64,000 nucleotides of DNA from Cypionkella sp. (GTDB lineage: Bacteria; Pseudomonadota; Alphaproteobacteria; Rhodobacterales; Rhodobacteraceae): contig NZ_JAUSBA010000042.1 in the NCBI RefSeq assembly GCF_030652235.1, forward strand, positions 1,205 through 65,204. The letters are read 5' to 3'. A program made the position numbers and the translations under genes. Under the pieces are notes generated by a model that saw only the letters and a program-made list of their open reading frames with translations, ran no database searches and was not told the origin of the DNA. Numbering within the stretch: the first letter of the stretch is position 1; the number at the start of each line of letters is the position of its first letter. Of this stretch, positions 39,865-49,523 are shown piece by piece.

Positions 39865-40988
39865 TGCAGCCCAGCAATAGCCCCAAAATCGGCATCATCG
39901 GTCTCGGCACAATGGGCTTAGGGATCGCGCAAATCTTTGTACAGGCTGGTTTTTTCACCATCGCCACCGATGCCCAGCCGCTTGCGCGCGCCAGTGCCCG
40001 TCAACGCATGTCCGACGCCCTGAACGCCCGCGTCAGCGCTGAAAAACTCACGCCAGAGGCCCGCGATGCGACGCTGTCCAACCTGCACATCACCGCAAGC
40101 ATAGCCGAGATCGCGCCCTGCGATCTGGTGATCGAGGCCATCATCGAGCGCCTCGATGCCAAACAGGCGCTCTTTGCCGAACTTGAAACCATCCTGACGC
40201 CAAATGCCGTGCTCGCCACCAACACCTCCTCAATCCCCGTAGCAAGCATCGCCAGCACCGCCCGACACCCTGACCGCATCCTTGCGCTGCACTTCTTCAA
40301 CCCGCCCACCGCGATGAAATTGGTCGAACTCGCCCCCCACGCAGGCACTTCTGCCGCCGCCCTCACGCTCGCCCGCCAGATCACCGAAGCGGCTGGCAAG
40401 ACCGTCATCCAATGCCCTGACCGCCCCGGCTTCATCGTCAACCGCTGTGCGCGCCCCTATTACGGCGAAGCCCTCGCCCTACTGGAAGAAGGCCACGCCG
40501 TGCAAGACATCGACGCCGCGATGATGGCCGCAGGCTACCGTCTTGGCCCCTTCGCGCTGATTGACCTGATCGGTGCCGACATCAACCTTGCGGCCACCGA
40601 GGGCCTTGCAAGCGCTATGCAAAACCATCCCCGCTACCACGTCTTCGCAGCCCTGAAAGCCCAAGTCGCCAGCGGCAACTTGGGTCGCAAATCCAGCCAA
40701 GGCTTCCTATACCCCGCGCAAGCCATTGCAAAAGCCAACCCCAAAATCGCCCTGCGCATCGAAGCCACCTTAGTCAACGAGGCCGCATGGCTGCTCGCCG
40801 AAGGCGGCACCACGCCCGAAGGCATCGACACCGCTTTGAAGCTTGGCCTCAACTTCCCGCGCGGCCCGTTCGAGACCCTCGCCCTTCACACAACCCCAAA
40901 AGTCCTCGCCACCCTGCAAAGCCTTGCAGAAAACGCCCCCGAGGCCCTGAAACCCCGCTACGCCCCCGCCCCCTTCCTCACCCGGTGA
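39864..40988 (+). CDS. 3-hydroxyacyl-CoA dehydrogenase (short PaaH-like)
   Basis: GLGTMG, EAIIE, TNTSS, HFFNP, PGFIVNR. Confidence 0.88.
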   Translation: MQPSNSPKIGIIGLGTMGLGIAQIFVQAGFFTIATDAQPLARASARQRMSDALNARVSAEKLTPEARDATLSNLHITASIAEIAPCDLVIEAIIERLDAKQALFAELETILTPNAVLATNTSSIPVASIASTARHPDRILALHFFNPPTAMKLVELAPHAGTSAAALTLARQITEAAGKTVIQCPDRPGFIVNRCARPYYGEALALLEEGHAVQDIDAAMMAAGYRLGPFALIDLIGADINLAATEGLASAMQNHPRYHVFAALKAQVASGNLGRKSSQGFLYPAQAIAKANPKIALRIEATLVNEAAWLLAEGGTTPEGIDTALKLGLNFPRGPFETLALHTTPKVLATLQSLAENAPEALKPRYAPAPFLTR

Positions 40989-40993
40989 TCCCC

Positions 40994-42118
40994 ATGTCTG
41001 ACGCCTATTTCCTTTACCATTCCATCGGCATGTATCCCGGCAAGACCGCCGATCTCGCAGCCGCAATGACCGAATTTGCGGGTGTTTGGGGCAAGCCCGA
41101 TGACAGCCAATGGGCCTATGCCCTTGGAAAACGGCAGAATTTCATCGACCGCTGGCGCGCTATCCTGAACGCCGCCAGCCAATCCATCACCGCCACCGAA
41201 AACGTCACCGCCGGTTTCCACGCGCTGTTGACCTCGCTACCGGAAAGCCACCTGAAGGGCCGCAAAGTGCTGATCGGGGCCGATTGCTTCCCGTCCAACC
41301 ACTTCCTGCTCAATGGCATGGCCGAGAAATACGGCTTCACCCTGCACACCGTGCCCCTGCGCCAAGGCATGGGCTATGTCGAGGATGACGATTTCCTCGA
41401 AGCATGGACGCCAGACGTTGGCCTCGCGCTGCTGACATGGGTGTCCTCGCTCACCTCGCACCGCATTGATCTCAAACGCATGGTGGCCCACGGTCGGCGC
41501 ATGGGCAGCCTGATCGGCACCGATATCACCCAAGCCGCTGGCCTGCTCCCCTATGACGTGATGGCGCCCGAGGTGGATTTCACCGTCTCCACCAGTCTCA
41601 AATGGATGTGCGGCACCCCCGGCGCAGGGATCCTCTACGTCAGCCCCCGCCTGACGCCACATTGTCATCCCGAACTGCGCGGCTGGTTCAGCCAGGAAAA
41701 CCCGTTCAACTGGGACATCACTGCGTTCCAATACGCCCCCGACATTCGCCGTTACGACAGCGGCACCCCCGGCACCATGGCAGCATTGGCCAGCCTACCC
41801 GCATTGGACTGGCACGCGACCCAAAACCAAGCTGACCTGCTGGCCCACAACCGCCACCTCACCGCCCGCCTGATCAAGGCCGCCGATGATCTAAACCTCA
41901 CCCTGCTCACCCCCCGCGCGCCTGAAAAACGCGGCGGCTCGATCATGTTGCGCCTGCCAGAAACCCACAAAGCCGCCGAAATCGTCGGCATCCTGCGCGC
42001 CCAACGCATCACCACCGACGCCCGCAGCCAAACCCTTCGCCTCTCACCCGGCAATTTGACGACGATGGCAGGCACCGAAACCCTGATCGCGGCGCTGACA
42101 AAACTGCTGCGCCCTTAA
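40994..42118 (+). CDS. Kynureninase-like class V PLP enzyme
   Basis: DITQAAG, SLKWMCGTPGAG (PLP Lys), GWFSQENPF, YDSGTP; start at ATG 40994. Confidence 0.65.
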   Translation: MSDAYFLYHSIGMYPGKTADLAAAMTEFAGVWGKPDDSQWAYALGKRQNFIDRWRAILNAASQSITATENVTAGFHALLTSLPESHLKGRKVLIGADCFPSNHFLLNGMAEKYGFTLHTVPLRQGMGYVEDDDFLEAWTPDVGLALLTWVSSLTSHRIDLKRMVAHGRRMGSLIGTDITQAAGLLPYDVMAPEVDFTVSTSLKWMCGTPGAGILYVSPRLTPHCHPELRGWFSQENPFNWDITAFQYAPDIRRYDSGTPGTMAALASLPALDWHATQNQADLLAHNRHLTARLIKAADDLNLTLLTPRAPEKRGGSIMLRLPETHKAAEIVGILRAQRITTDARSQTLRLSPGNLTTMAGTETLIAALTKLLRP

Positions 42119-42121
42119 CCA

Positions 42122-42153
42122 TTCACCTTGGCAAAAATACTCCCGCCGGAGGC
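42122..42153 (+). repeat. REP-like dispersed repeat copy
   Basis: TTCACCTTGGCAAAAATACTCCCGCCGGAGGC. Confidence 0.7.
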
Positions 42154-42351
42154 TTCAACCTCCCACCAAAAACCCCCGGCGCAGAACAGACCCCTTCCGC
42201 CAAAGCCTTAACAAACCCTAAACGCCCAAAACCACCCCTTTGATAAACAACAATTTTCCAAACGGTCCCAACGCGGGACTTCGTCATACTTTCCCGTTGC
42301 CCGACTCTGCTGGCCAGCCTACCCTGCGCCCATTCATTCCCGGAGGATACC

Positions 42352-43638
42352 ATGACCGCACCCCTAGGCTTCGATACCCTTGCCATCCACGCAGGCACCG
42401 CCCCCGACCCCGCGACGGGCGCGCGGCAGGTCCCGATCTACCAAACCACGGCCTACGTTTTCCGCGACGCCGAACACGCCCGCAAACTTTTCGGCCTGCA
42501 AGAAATCGGCTACATCTATTCCCGCCTGACCAACCCCACCGTCTCGGCGCTGGCCGACCGGGTCTGCGCTCTTGAAGGCGGCGCGGGGGCGATCTGCTGC
42601 TCCTCAGGTCATGCAGCGCAAATCATGGCGCTGTTTCCCCTGATGGGGCCGGGCCTTAACATCGTCGCCTCGTCGCGGCTTTATGGCGGCACGATCACCC
42701 AATTCAGCCAGACCATAAAACGCTTCGGCTGGTCGGCAAAATTCGTTGATACCGAAGACCTGCTGGCGGTCGAACACGCCATTGACGCCAACACCCGCGC
42801 GATTTTCTGCGAAACCATCGCCAATCCCGGCGGCTATGTCAGCGACCTCGATGCTCTCGCCCGCATCGCCGATCAGGCGGGCATCCCCTTGATCGTCGAC
42901 AACACCACCGCCACACCTTATCTCTGCAAACCCATCGAACATGGGGCCACCCTGGTGGTCCATTCCGCCACCAAATACCTGACCGGCAACGGCACGGTCA
43001 CCGGTGGGGTCGTCGTCGACAGCGGCAAATTCGACTGGTCGGCGAGCGATAAATTCCCCAGCCTCAGCCAACCCGAACCCGCTTATCACGGCCTTACCTT
43101 CCATGCGGCATTGGGCGCGATGGCCTTTACCTTCCACTCCATCGCTGTCGGCCTGCGCGATCTCGGGATGACGATGAACCCGCAGGGCGCGCATTACACG
43201 CTGATGGGGATTGAAACCCTTGGCCTGCGGATGCAGCGCCATGTTGAGAACGCCAAGATCGTCGCGGAATATCTGGAGCAAGACCCTCGGGTGGAGTTCG
43301 TGACCTATGCTGGCCTGGATTCCTCGCCCTACCGCAAACGCGCCGAGTCAATCACCCCTAAGGGTGCAGGGGCGTTGTTCACCTTCGCGGTGAATGGCGG
43401 CTATGACGCCTGCGTCAAGCTGGTGGATAATGTGAAACTGTTCAGCCATGTTGCCAACCTCGGCGATACCCGCAGCCTGATCATCCATCCGGCCTCGACC
43501 ACCCACAGCCAGTTGGACGATGAGGCAAAAATCCGCTCGGGAGCCGCGCCGAATGTGGTGCGTCTGTCGATCGGGATTGAGGATGTGCGCGATATCATCG
43601 CCGATCTGGATCAGGCCCTGACGGCGGCTACAGCGTAA
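42352..43638 (+). CDS. metY: O-acetylhomoserine aminocarboxypropyltransferase
   Basis: PIYQTTAY, YSRLTNPT, VDNT, HSATKY, ANLGD.RSLIIHPASTTH. Confidence 0.85.
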   Translation: MTAPLGFDTLAIHAGTAPDPATGARQVPIYQTTAYVFRDAEHARKLFGLQEIGYIYSRLTNPTVSALADRVCALEGGAGAICCSSGHAAQIMALFPLMGPGLNIVASSRLYGGTITQFSQTIKRFGWSAKFVDTEDLLAVEHAIDANTRAIFCETIANPGGYVSDLDALARIADQAGIPLIVDNTTATPYLCKPIEHGATLVVHSATKYLTGNGTVTGGVVVDSGKFDWSASDKFPSLSQPEPAYHGLTFHAALGAMAFTFHSIAVGLRDLGMTMNPQGAHYTLMGIETLGLRMQRHVENAKIVAEYLEQDPRVEFVTYAGLDSSPYRKRAESITPKGAGALFTFAVNGGYDACVKLVDNVKLFSHVANLGDTRSLIIHPASTTHSQLDDEAKIRSGAAPNVVRLSIGIEDVRDIIADLDQALTAATA

Positions 43639-43643
43639 AAACC

Positions 43644-43684
43644 AGCAAGCCCAGACCGTTATCCCGTCTGGGCTTGCTCTTTTT
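43644..43684 (+). terminator. Intrinsic terminator after metY
   Basis: AGCAAGCCCAGAC...GTCTGGGCTTGCT stem followed by CTTTTT. Confidence 0.8.
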
Positions 43685-43686
43685 GA

Positions 43687-43756
43687 AATACTCCCGCCGG
43701 AGGCTTCTAAGGCAAGTCTCGGATGCCTCCGGCGGGGATATTTATGAACAGATGAA
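43687..43756. repeat. Inverted pair of REP-like repeats
   Basis: AATACTCCCGCCGGAGGC (43687-43704) and GCCTCCGGCGGGGATATTTATGAACAGATGAA (43725-43756). Confidence 0.75.
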
Positions 43757-43764
43757 ACGCAAAG

Positions 43765-44454
43765 TTACTCCACGATCGCGTAGGTGATCGTCACGGAAGC
43801 CGTCATACCGATCTGACCAGAGGCCACAGGCACCGCCGAAGCCGCTTTGGATTCGTCGCGGAACATCGGCATCGGCGCACCGTAACCTGCGCTTTCGGCG
43901 ATCGTCTCGATCTTGCCCAGTTTCACACCTGCTGCCGTGGTCAGTAATTCAGCGCGGGCCTTCGCGTCAGCGACAGCGGCTTTGCGGGCTTCATCTTGCG
44001 CCGGGCGCGGGGCCGCAAGATCAAAGGTGATGCCGTTCAGCGTGTTCGCGCCATCGGTGATGCTGGCATCCAGCACAGTGCCCAGCGTATCCAACGCCCG
44101 CACCCGCACGCTGAGCATGTTCGAGGCCACATAGCCTGCGATTTTCGGGGTTTGGCCCGCATCATAGCCGACCCAATTCGGGTTCAGCGACAGGTTTGAG
44201 GTTTGCAGATCGCGGTCTTCGATCCCCGCCGATTTCAAACGGTCAATCACGGCTTGCAGCGCCTTGGAATTGGCCGCCATCGCCTCGGCTGCCGACGAAC
44301 CATCTGTGGTGACACCCAGCGAGATCGTCGCCATATCGGGGGTGACCTGAACCGTGCCTTCACCCGTCACGGTGATCACATTTTCGGCAAGGGCCGGGGC
44401 CGCAATCGGCAGGACGAAAGCGGCAGACAGCAGCAGGGCATTAAGAACACGCAT
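43765..44454 (-). CDS. SIMPL domain (DUF541) periplasmic protein
   Basis: Signal peptide; ITVTGEG.V...PD.A, A...A.ADA..RAE..A motifs. Confidence 0.88.
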   Translation of the reverse strand: MRVLNALLLSAAFVLPIAAPALAENVITVTGEGTVQVTPDMATISLGVTTDGSSAAEAMAANSKALQAVIDRLKSAGIEDRDLQTSNLSLNPNWVGYDAGQTPKIAGYVASNMLSVRVRALDTLGTVLDASITDGANTLNGITFDLAAPRPAQDEARKAAVADAKARAELLTTAAGVKLGKIETIAESAGYGAPMPMFRDESKAASAVPVASGQIGMTASVTITYAIVE

Positions 44455-44626
44455 GGGAACCTCCAAATGTTATACGTCTTAGGTGTAATGCTATGACGGG
44501 CGCCGCAAGCCATTCCTTGGCGGTCTACCTGCCTTTTTCTTTCCTTCGGCAAAAAGCTGCTATAGGAAGAGCAAAACCAGCCGTAGAGCGTTTCCGGCGG
44601 TACCCCCAATGTGCTAGACCCGTGAA

Positions 44627-47600
44627 ATGAAACCAGCTTTTGCACTCGACTTCCGGGATGAAACCATCAGCTTGCTGCACCGCTCTGGCGGTGGCTGGCA
44701 GTTGGTGGGGACTGTTCCGCTTGACACGCCCGATCTGACCGAGGCTTTGGGCTATCTGCGCGCTACAGCCCTTGGCCTGTCGCCGCGCGGGATGACCACC
44801 AAGCTGGTGATCCCGAATGAACAGATCCTGTATCTCACCGTCCACGCGCCAGGGCCGGATGAGGCCACGCGCCACGCGCAGGTTGTGGCGGCGCTAGAAG
44901 GCCGCACGCCATACGATGTCGCCGATCTGGCGTTTGATTACACCGGGACGGGGTCAGAAGTGCAGGTGGCGGTGATCGCCAAAGAGACCTTGGCCGAGGC
45001 GGAAAGTTTTGCCGCCGAGCATCGCTTGAACCCGATTGCCTTCGTCGCAGCCCCCGAGCCCGACAGCTTTGCGGCAGAGCCTTGGTTTGGCCTGTCGGCG
45101 ATGGCCGCCTCACTGATCCCGAAAGGGGCAAAGGTCGAGCGCGACAGCGGCCCAGTGATGATCGTGGCGCGCAGCTTCGGCGCTGCGGCGCAGGCCGTTG
45201 AGCCTGTCGTTCAGACGCCAGTTGAAGCGCTGGCACCGATACTGAAGAGTGCGCCCGAGTTTGAGGTTGTGAGTGAGCCTGAGGTTTTGCAGCCTGAGGT
45301 TTTGGACCCTATGGTTGCGGTACCTGCGGCCGCGGTTGAGCCCAAAGTTGTGGTTGAGCCGGAAACTGTCATCGCAGCTGACGATCTGTCCAAGACGGAA
45401 GTCAGCCCCACGCCCGAAGACCTGCGCGCGTTGGACGAGGTGGTTGAGCCCGAAGCCCTTGTCGCGGCACCCAATGATATCCCGCCGGCAGCGGTTGCGG
45501 CGGAAGAAACCTGGCTGCCTACAGATTATGCTTCGCGTGCCGCACATGTAGATAATACGCGGCCCGCGCGATCCGAGCCCGCCGCATCATTAGATGACGA
45601 CAACGCGTTGATCGCAGCCCTCGCCGATACGCTGTCGGCCCCGATCCCGCAGCCTGCACTGCCTCCGCCTGCACCCCGCAAGCCGGTGGTCGAGGTGGAA
45701 GAAGCGCCGATGGCTTTGGATGTCTTCGATGAGGCGGCTGAGGGTGATGACGAGCCGCAGGGTGCCGATGTGATCCGGGCCGCGATTTCGGCCAAGGCGG
45801 CACGGGTGATTGATCCGGTTATCGCCGATGATTTGCCGCCGATGCCTGCGGCTGCGGCTTTGGGTGCGTTCTCCAGCCGCCGTCAGGGCAATGAGCCGCT
45901 GTTGAACAAGGCCCCGGCGCTGGGGGCGGCAAAATCTGGGGTGCCGCGCCCGGCGGCGGCAAAACCACTGGCCGGGATGCAAGGGTTTGGGGCGCAAGGA
46001 TCGGGTATAGCGCGCGCGTCGATGTCAAAACCGGATCTGACTGTAAAGTCAGCAAAGCCCAGCAAACCCGGTTTGCGCGGCCTGTCGGCTTTGGTCTCGG
46101 GATCAAGTGCCACTGCTGCCAAACCCCGCAGCAAGGTCGCGATCCCTTCGGCGCTACCGCCGCTGAAATCCACAGACTCTGCGGGTGCAGGCCTGCCGAA
46201 GCCGCCAGTGACGCGCCCCGCTTCTGCACGCGGCCCCGGTGGATTTGCGGCCCGCGAACCAGTGCGTGGCAAACCGCGTTATCTTGGGCTGCTGCTGACG
46301 GTGGTCTTGCTGTTTCTATTGGCGATGATTGCAGCTTGGTCTTCTTATTCGCTGGGCGCGTGGAACACCGGGGCAGATGCGCCGGTGCAGGTTGGCGCGG
46401 ACAATCCAGATGGCACGGCGATTCCTGCGACGGAAATGCCGGATGCCAATGATGAGATGTTGGCCGATATGCAAGACCCGGCAGAGTTGTCGGATACGGC
46501 TTCGGCCAGCGATCCGGCTGTGCCCATGGTGGACGGCGACGTGGCCTCGCCTGATGCGGCAGATCTAAGTGGCACCGACCCCGAGCCTGCGCCCGCTCTG
46601 GATGTTGCCGATGAGACCACAGCCCCGGTGAACCCGACGACGGGCACCGATGATGAGATTTTCCTCGCTTCGATGGATGCAGCACCGCTGCCGCCCGATC
46701 CCCTGTCGCTGGTGCAGCCGCTGGCGCAAGGTGACCAGATGCCCGCGGCACAGCCCGCGCCGCCGCCATTTGGCACGGTGTATCAGTTTGAATCCAATGG
46801 CGCGATCACGCCGACGCCCGAGGGAATTATCACGCCTGAGGGCGTTTTTCTGCGGGCGGGCAAGCCGTCACGAGTGCCAACCGCGCGGACCGAGGCAGTG
46901 ATCGCGGCAGCGGCTGCCGCAAAACCGGTAGTTGAGGACGCAGCTTTGCCCGGTTCAGTGGCCAGCGCTGAAACTGCCCCAACTGTTTATGCCGACCCCG
47001 CTTTGGCAGGCAAAAAGCCAAAAACCCGGCCCGAGGGGCTGACGCCACCCACCGCCGCCGATCAGGGCGTGTTGGCGCCCGAGGTCGACAGCCGCCTTGC
47101 CGGGCTGCGCCCCTCTGCCCGCCCGGCGACGATCCTGTCAGCGGGACGCCAAGCGCAGCAAGCCTCGGCGGCGGCGTCACTGACAGCGCAAGCCGAGATG
47201 CTGAACCAAGAGGCGGCCTTAACCAGCGGATCGAAGCTGGCGGTGGCGATCAGCCGCAAGCCTGCCGCGCGTCCGCGAGACCTGAGCCGCGCCGTCGAAG
47301 CCGCCGTTGCAGCAGTTGCCCGCGAACCAGAGCCCGAACCCGCCGCAGAACCGCAGCCGAGACTGGCGGCGATCCCTGACAAGAACTCTAGCGCCGAAGC
47401 CGATGGTGAGCCGGATGTGGCCTCTGCGGCACCAAGGATTCCGACCAAGGCGACTGTGGCCAAGCAGGCGACGTTCAAGAATGCAATCAACCTATCAAAA
47501 CTGAATCTGATTGGGGTATATGGCACGCAATCAAAGCGTTACGCTTTGGTGCGCACCGCAGCTGGACGCTACAAGAAAGTGCGGGTTGGCGATACCATTG

Positions 47601-47692
47601 ACGGTGGTGGCCGCGTCGCCGCGATCACCGCAACCGAAGTGCGCTATCAAAAAGGCGGCCGTTTGGTGGCCTTGGCGATGCCCAAGGGCTAG
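44627..47692 (+). CDS. Large single-pass membrane protein: PilM/GspL-like N-domain, disordered linkers, PilP-like C-domain
   Basis: N-terminal KLVIP..QILY...LEGRTPY...LAFDY...VQVAV; one TM (YLGLLLTVVLLFLLAMIAAW); C-terminal LNLIGVYG...ALVR...YKKVRVGD. Confidence 0.6.
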   Translation: MKPAFALDFRDETISLLHRSGGGWQLVGTVPLDTPDLTEALGYLRATALGLSPRGMTTKLVIPNEQILYLTVHAPGPDEATRHAQVVAALEGRTPYDVADLAFDYTGTGSEVQVAVIAKETLAEAESFAAEHRLNPIAFVAAPEPDSFAAEPWFGLSAMAASLIPKGAKVERDSGPVMIVARSFGAAAQAVEPVVQTPVEALAPILKSAPEFEVVSEPEVLQPEVLDPMVAVPAAAVEPKVVVEPETVIAADDLSKTEVSPTPEDLRALDEVVEPEALVAAPNDIPPAAVAAEETWLPTDYASRAAHVDNTRPARSEPAASLDDDNALIAALADTLSAPIPQPALPPPAPRKPVVEVEEAPMALDVFDEAAEGDDEPQGADVIRAAISAKAARVIDPVIADDLPPMPAAAALGAFSSRRQGNEPLLNKAPALGAAKSGVPRPAAAKPLAGMQGFGAQGSGIARASMSKPDLTVKSAKPSKPGLRGLSALVSGSSATAAKPRSKVAIPSALPPLKSTDSAGAGLPKPPVTRPASARGPGGFAAREPVRGKPRYLGLLLTVVLLFLLAMIAAWSSYSLGAWNTGADAPVQVGADNPDGTAIPATEMPDANDEMLADMQDPAELSDTASASDPAVPMVDGDVASPDAADLSGTDPEPAPALDVADETTAPVNPTTGTDDEIFLASMDAAPLPPDPLSLVQPLAQGDQMPAAQPAPPPFGTVYQFESNGAITPTPEGIITPEGVFLRAGKPSRVPTARTEAVIAAAAAAKPVVEDAALPGSVASAETAPTVYADPALAGKKPKTRPEGLTPPTAADQGVLAPEVDSRLAGLRPSARPATILSAGRQAQQASAAASLTAQAEMLNQEAALTSGSKLAVAISRKPAARPRDLSRAVEAAVAAVAREPEPEPAAEPQPRLAAIPDKNSSAEADGEPDVASAAPRIPTKATVAKQATFKNAINLSKLNLIGVYGTQSKRYALVRTAAGRYKKVRVGDTIDGGGRVAAITATEVRYQKGGRLVALAMPKG

Positions 47693-47792
47693 AGCGTTTG
47701 CACTTATCTTGAACGGCACTGCAACGGCACTGCGCGCCAAGACCTGCGCGCAGTGTGATGGTGTTGTGTCAGATAGAACCAAACCGCCTTGA

Positions 47793-48878
47793 TCAGCCGG
47801 CTGTCAGCACGCCACGATCAATCTGATCCTGCTCTATGCTTTCAAACAGGGCGCGGAAATTGCCCTCGCCAAAGCCATCATCTCCCTTGCGCTGAATGAA
47901 CTCGAAAAAGATCGGGCCGATCACAGTTTTGGAGAAGATTTGCAGCAGGATGCGAGTCTCACCGCCATCCACCACGCCTTCACCATCAATCAGGATGCCA
48001 TGCCTGGCCATCGCCTCCAGCGGTTCTTGATGGCCAGCCACGCGGGTTTTCGACAGCTCATAATAGGCCATCAGCGGCTTCGGCATGAACTTCAGCCCAC
48101 GTGCAGCAATCTCATCGGTGGCTGTGTAAATGTCCTGCGCGCCGACCGCGATATGCTGGATGCCCTCGCCATTGTAACGCTTGAGGTATTCGACAATCTG
48201 CCCGGTTTCCCCGCGATCTTCATTGATCGGGATGCGAATACGCCCGCAGGCTGAGGTCAGCGCGCGGCTGAACAGGCCAGAGTGTTTGCCCGCGATGTCA
48301 AAGAAGCGGATCTGTTTGAAGCCAAAGATTCGGCCATAAAAATCAAACCACTTGTCCATATTGCCTTTGTGGACATTGTGGGTGAGGTGGTCGAGATAAT
48401 AAAAGCCGACGCCCTTGGGGTGATGATCGGTGAAGGTGAAGTCCTTGTAGGGGTTTGCTGCGCCGTATTGATCGATAAAATAGATCAGAGAGCCGCCAAT
48501 ACCAACAATCGCCGGAACCTCTAGCGTCTTTGCGCCTTCAAATGGGGCTGCCCCACTCGCGACAGCATGGTCAAACGCCTGCGCCGCATCAACCACGCGC
48601 CAACCCATCGCGGGGGCGCAGGGGCCGTGCTGCGCGACGAAATCGCGGCCATGGCTGCCGGGTTCATCGTTCAGGATATAAGTGATGTCGCCCTGCTGCC
48701 AAAGTTCGATCGCTTTGCTGTTGTGCCGCGCGGTCAGGTTGTAACCCATGCGGGTGAACAGATCGCGCAACTCTTGCGGATTTGGGTGGGCGAATTCGAC
48801 AAACTCCATACCATCGGTGCCCGCCGGATTGGCTGGGCTGATGCTGGCTTTTGCGGCGGCGTGCGGAAACGGACCCAT
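47793..48878 (-). CDS. hppD: 4-hydroxyphenylpyruvate dioxygenase
   Basis: DHLTHNV, IPINE, GIQHIA, FFEFIQRKG..GFGEGNF.ALF. Confidence 0.93.
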   Translation of the reverse strand: MGPFPHAAAKASISPANPAGTDGMEFVEFAHPNPQELRDLFTRMGYNLTARHNSKAIELWQQGDITYILNDEPGSHGRDFVAQHGPCAPAMGWRVVDAAQAFDHAVASGAAPFEGAKTLEVPAIVGIGGSLIYFIDQYGAANPYKDFTFTDHHPKGVGFYYLDHLTHNVHKGNMDKWFDFYGRIFGFKQIRFFDIAGKHSGLFSRALTSACGRIRIPINEDRGETGQIVEYLKRYNGEGIQHIAVGAQDIYTATDEIAARGLKFMPKPLMAYYELSKTRVAGHQEPLEAMARHGILIDGEGVVDGGETRILLQIFSKTVIGPIFFEFIQRKGDDGFGEGNFRALFESIEQDQIDRGVLTAG

Positions 48879-49010
48879 GGCGTGCCTCTTTTAATTGCAT
48901 TTTATCATAATAACGCATTAGTGACACGCCGTTTGCGCGTAATTTGATTGCTTTGCCACTATGTGCGCGCGATACACGCAGCATACCTGAATTTGACGCG
49001 AGAAACCCGC

Positions 49011-49466
49011 ATGTTGGATGCTATCGACTCACGTCTGCTGGCCGAGATACAGGCCAATGCGATGCTGACAACGCAGGAACTGGGCGAGCGGTTGAACCTG
49101 TCACCCAGCCAAGCCGCGCGGCGCAGGCAGCGTCTGGAGGCCGAAGGCTTTGTGGTCGGCTATGCGGCACGGCTGTCGCCAGCCAAGGTTGGGCTGACGG
49201 TGCAGGCGTTTGTGCAGGTGCAAATGGCCACGCATTCGCCGGATGCCGCGCGCAGTTTTGGCACGCTGGTGTCGACTTGCCCTGAGATTATCTCGGCTTG
49301 GACGCTGACTGGTGAGGCCGATTACCTGCTGCGGGTCTGGTGCGCCGATCTGCCGGATTTGAACCGGGTGATCCACACGCTTTTGCTGCCGCATCCGGCC
49401 GTGGCGCGGGTGCAGAGCCAAATTGTGATGGACCAATTCAAGGCGGATGCCCCGCTGCCGACTTAA
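49011..49466 (+). CDS. Lrp/AsnC family regulator, divergent from hppD
   Basis: LDAIDSRLL..Q.N, LSPSQAARRRQRLE, LTGEADYLL. Confidence 0.9.
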   Translation: MLDAIDSRLLAEIQANAMLTTQELGERLNLSPSQAARRRQRLEAEGFVVGYAARLSPAKVGLTVQAFVQVQMATHSPDAARSFGTLVSTCPEIISAWTLTGEADYLLRVWCADLPDLNRVIHTLLLPHPAVARVQSQIVMDQFKADAPLPT

Positions 49467-49523
49467 TGCTGTTGCCAACCTAAATTTATTGCTGATGTAA
49501 AGCCGCTGCCAATCTGAAAGTGC

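Noticed and set aside
40787-40993. Long N-terminal extension of the PLP enzyme as given in the track
   Set aside because: Overlaps the HADH gene out of frame; ATG 40994 just after the HADH stop is the plausible start
42208-42223. CtrA-like box TTAA-N7-TAAAC upstream of metY
   Set aside because: One mismatch to TTAA-N7-TTAAC, a single site, and no biological rationale
42240-42351. SAM-type riboswitch upstream of metY
   Set aside because: Only a small GTCCC/GGGAC hairpin; no match to recalled SAM-II or SAM/SAH consensus elements. An Rfam scan would settle it
19560-43760. Possible CRISPR array or IS ends among the repeats
   Set aside because: No regularly spaced identical repeats with unique spacers, no cas genes, no transposase and no target-site duplication identified
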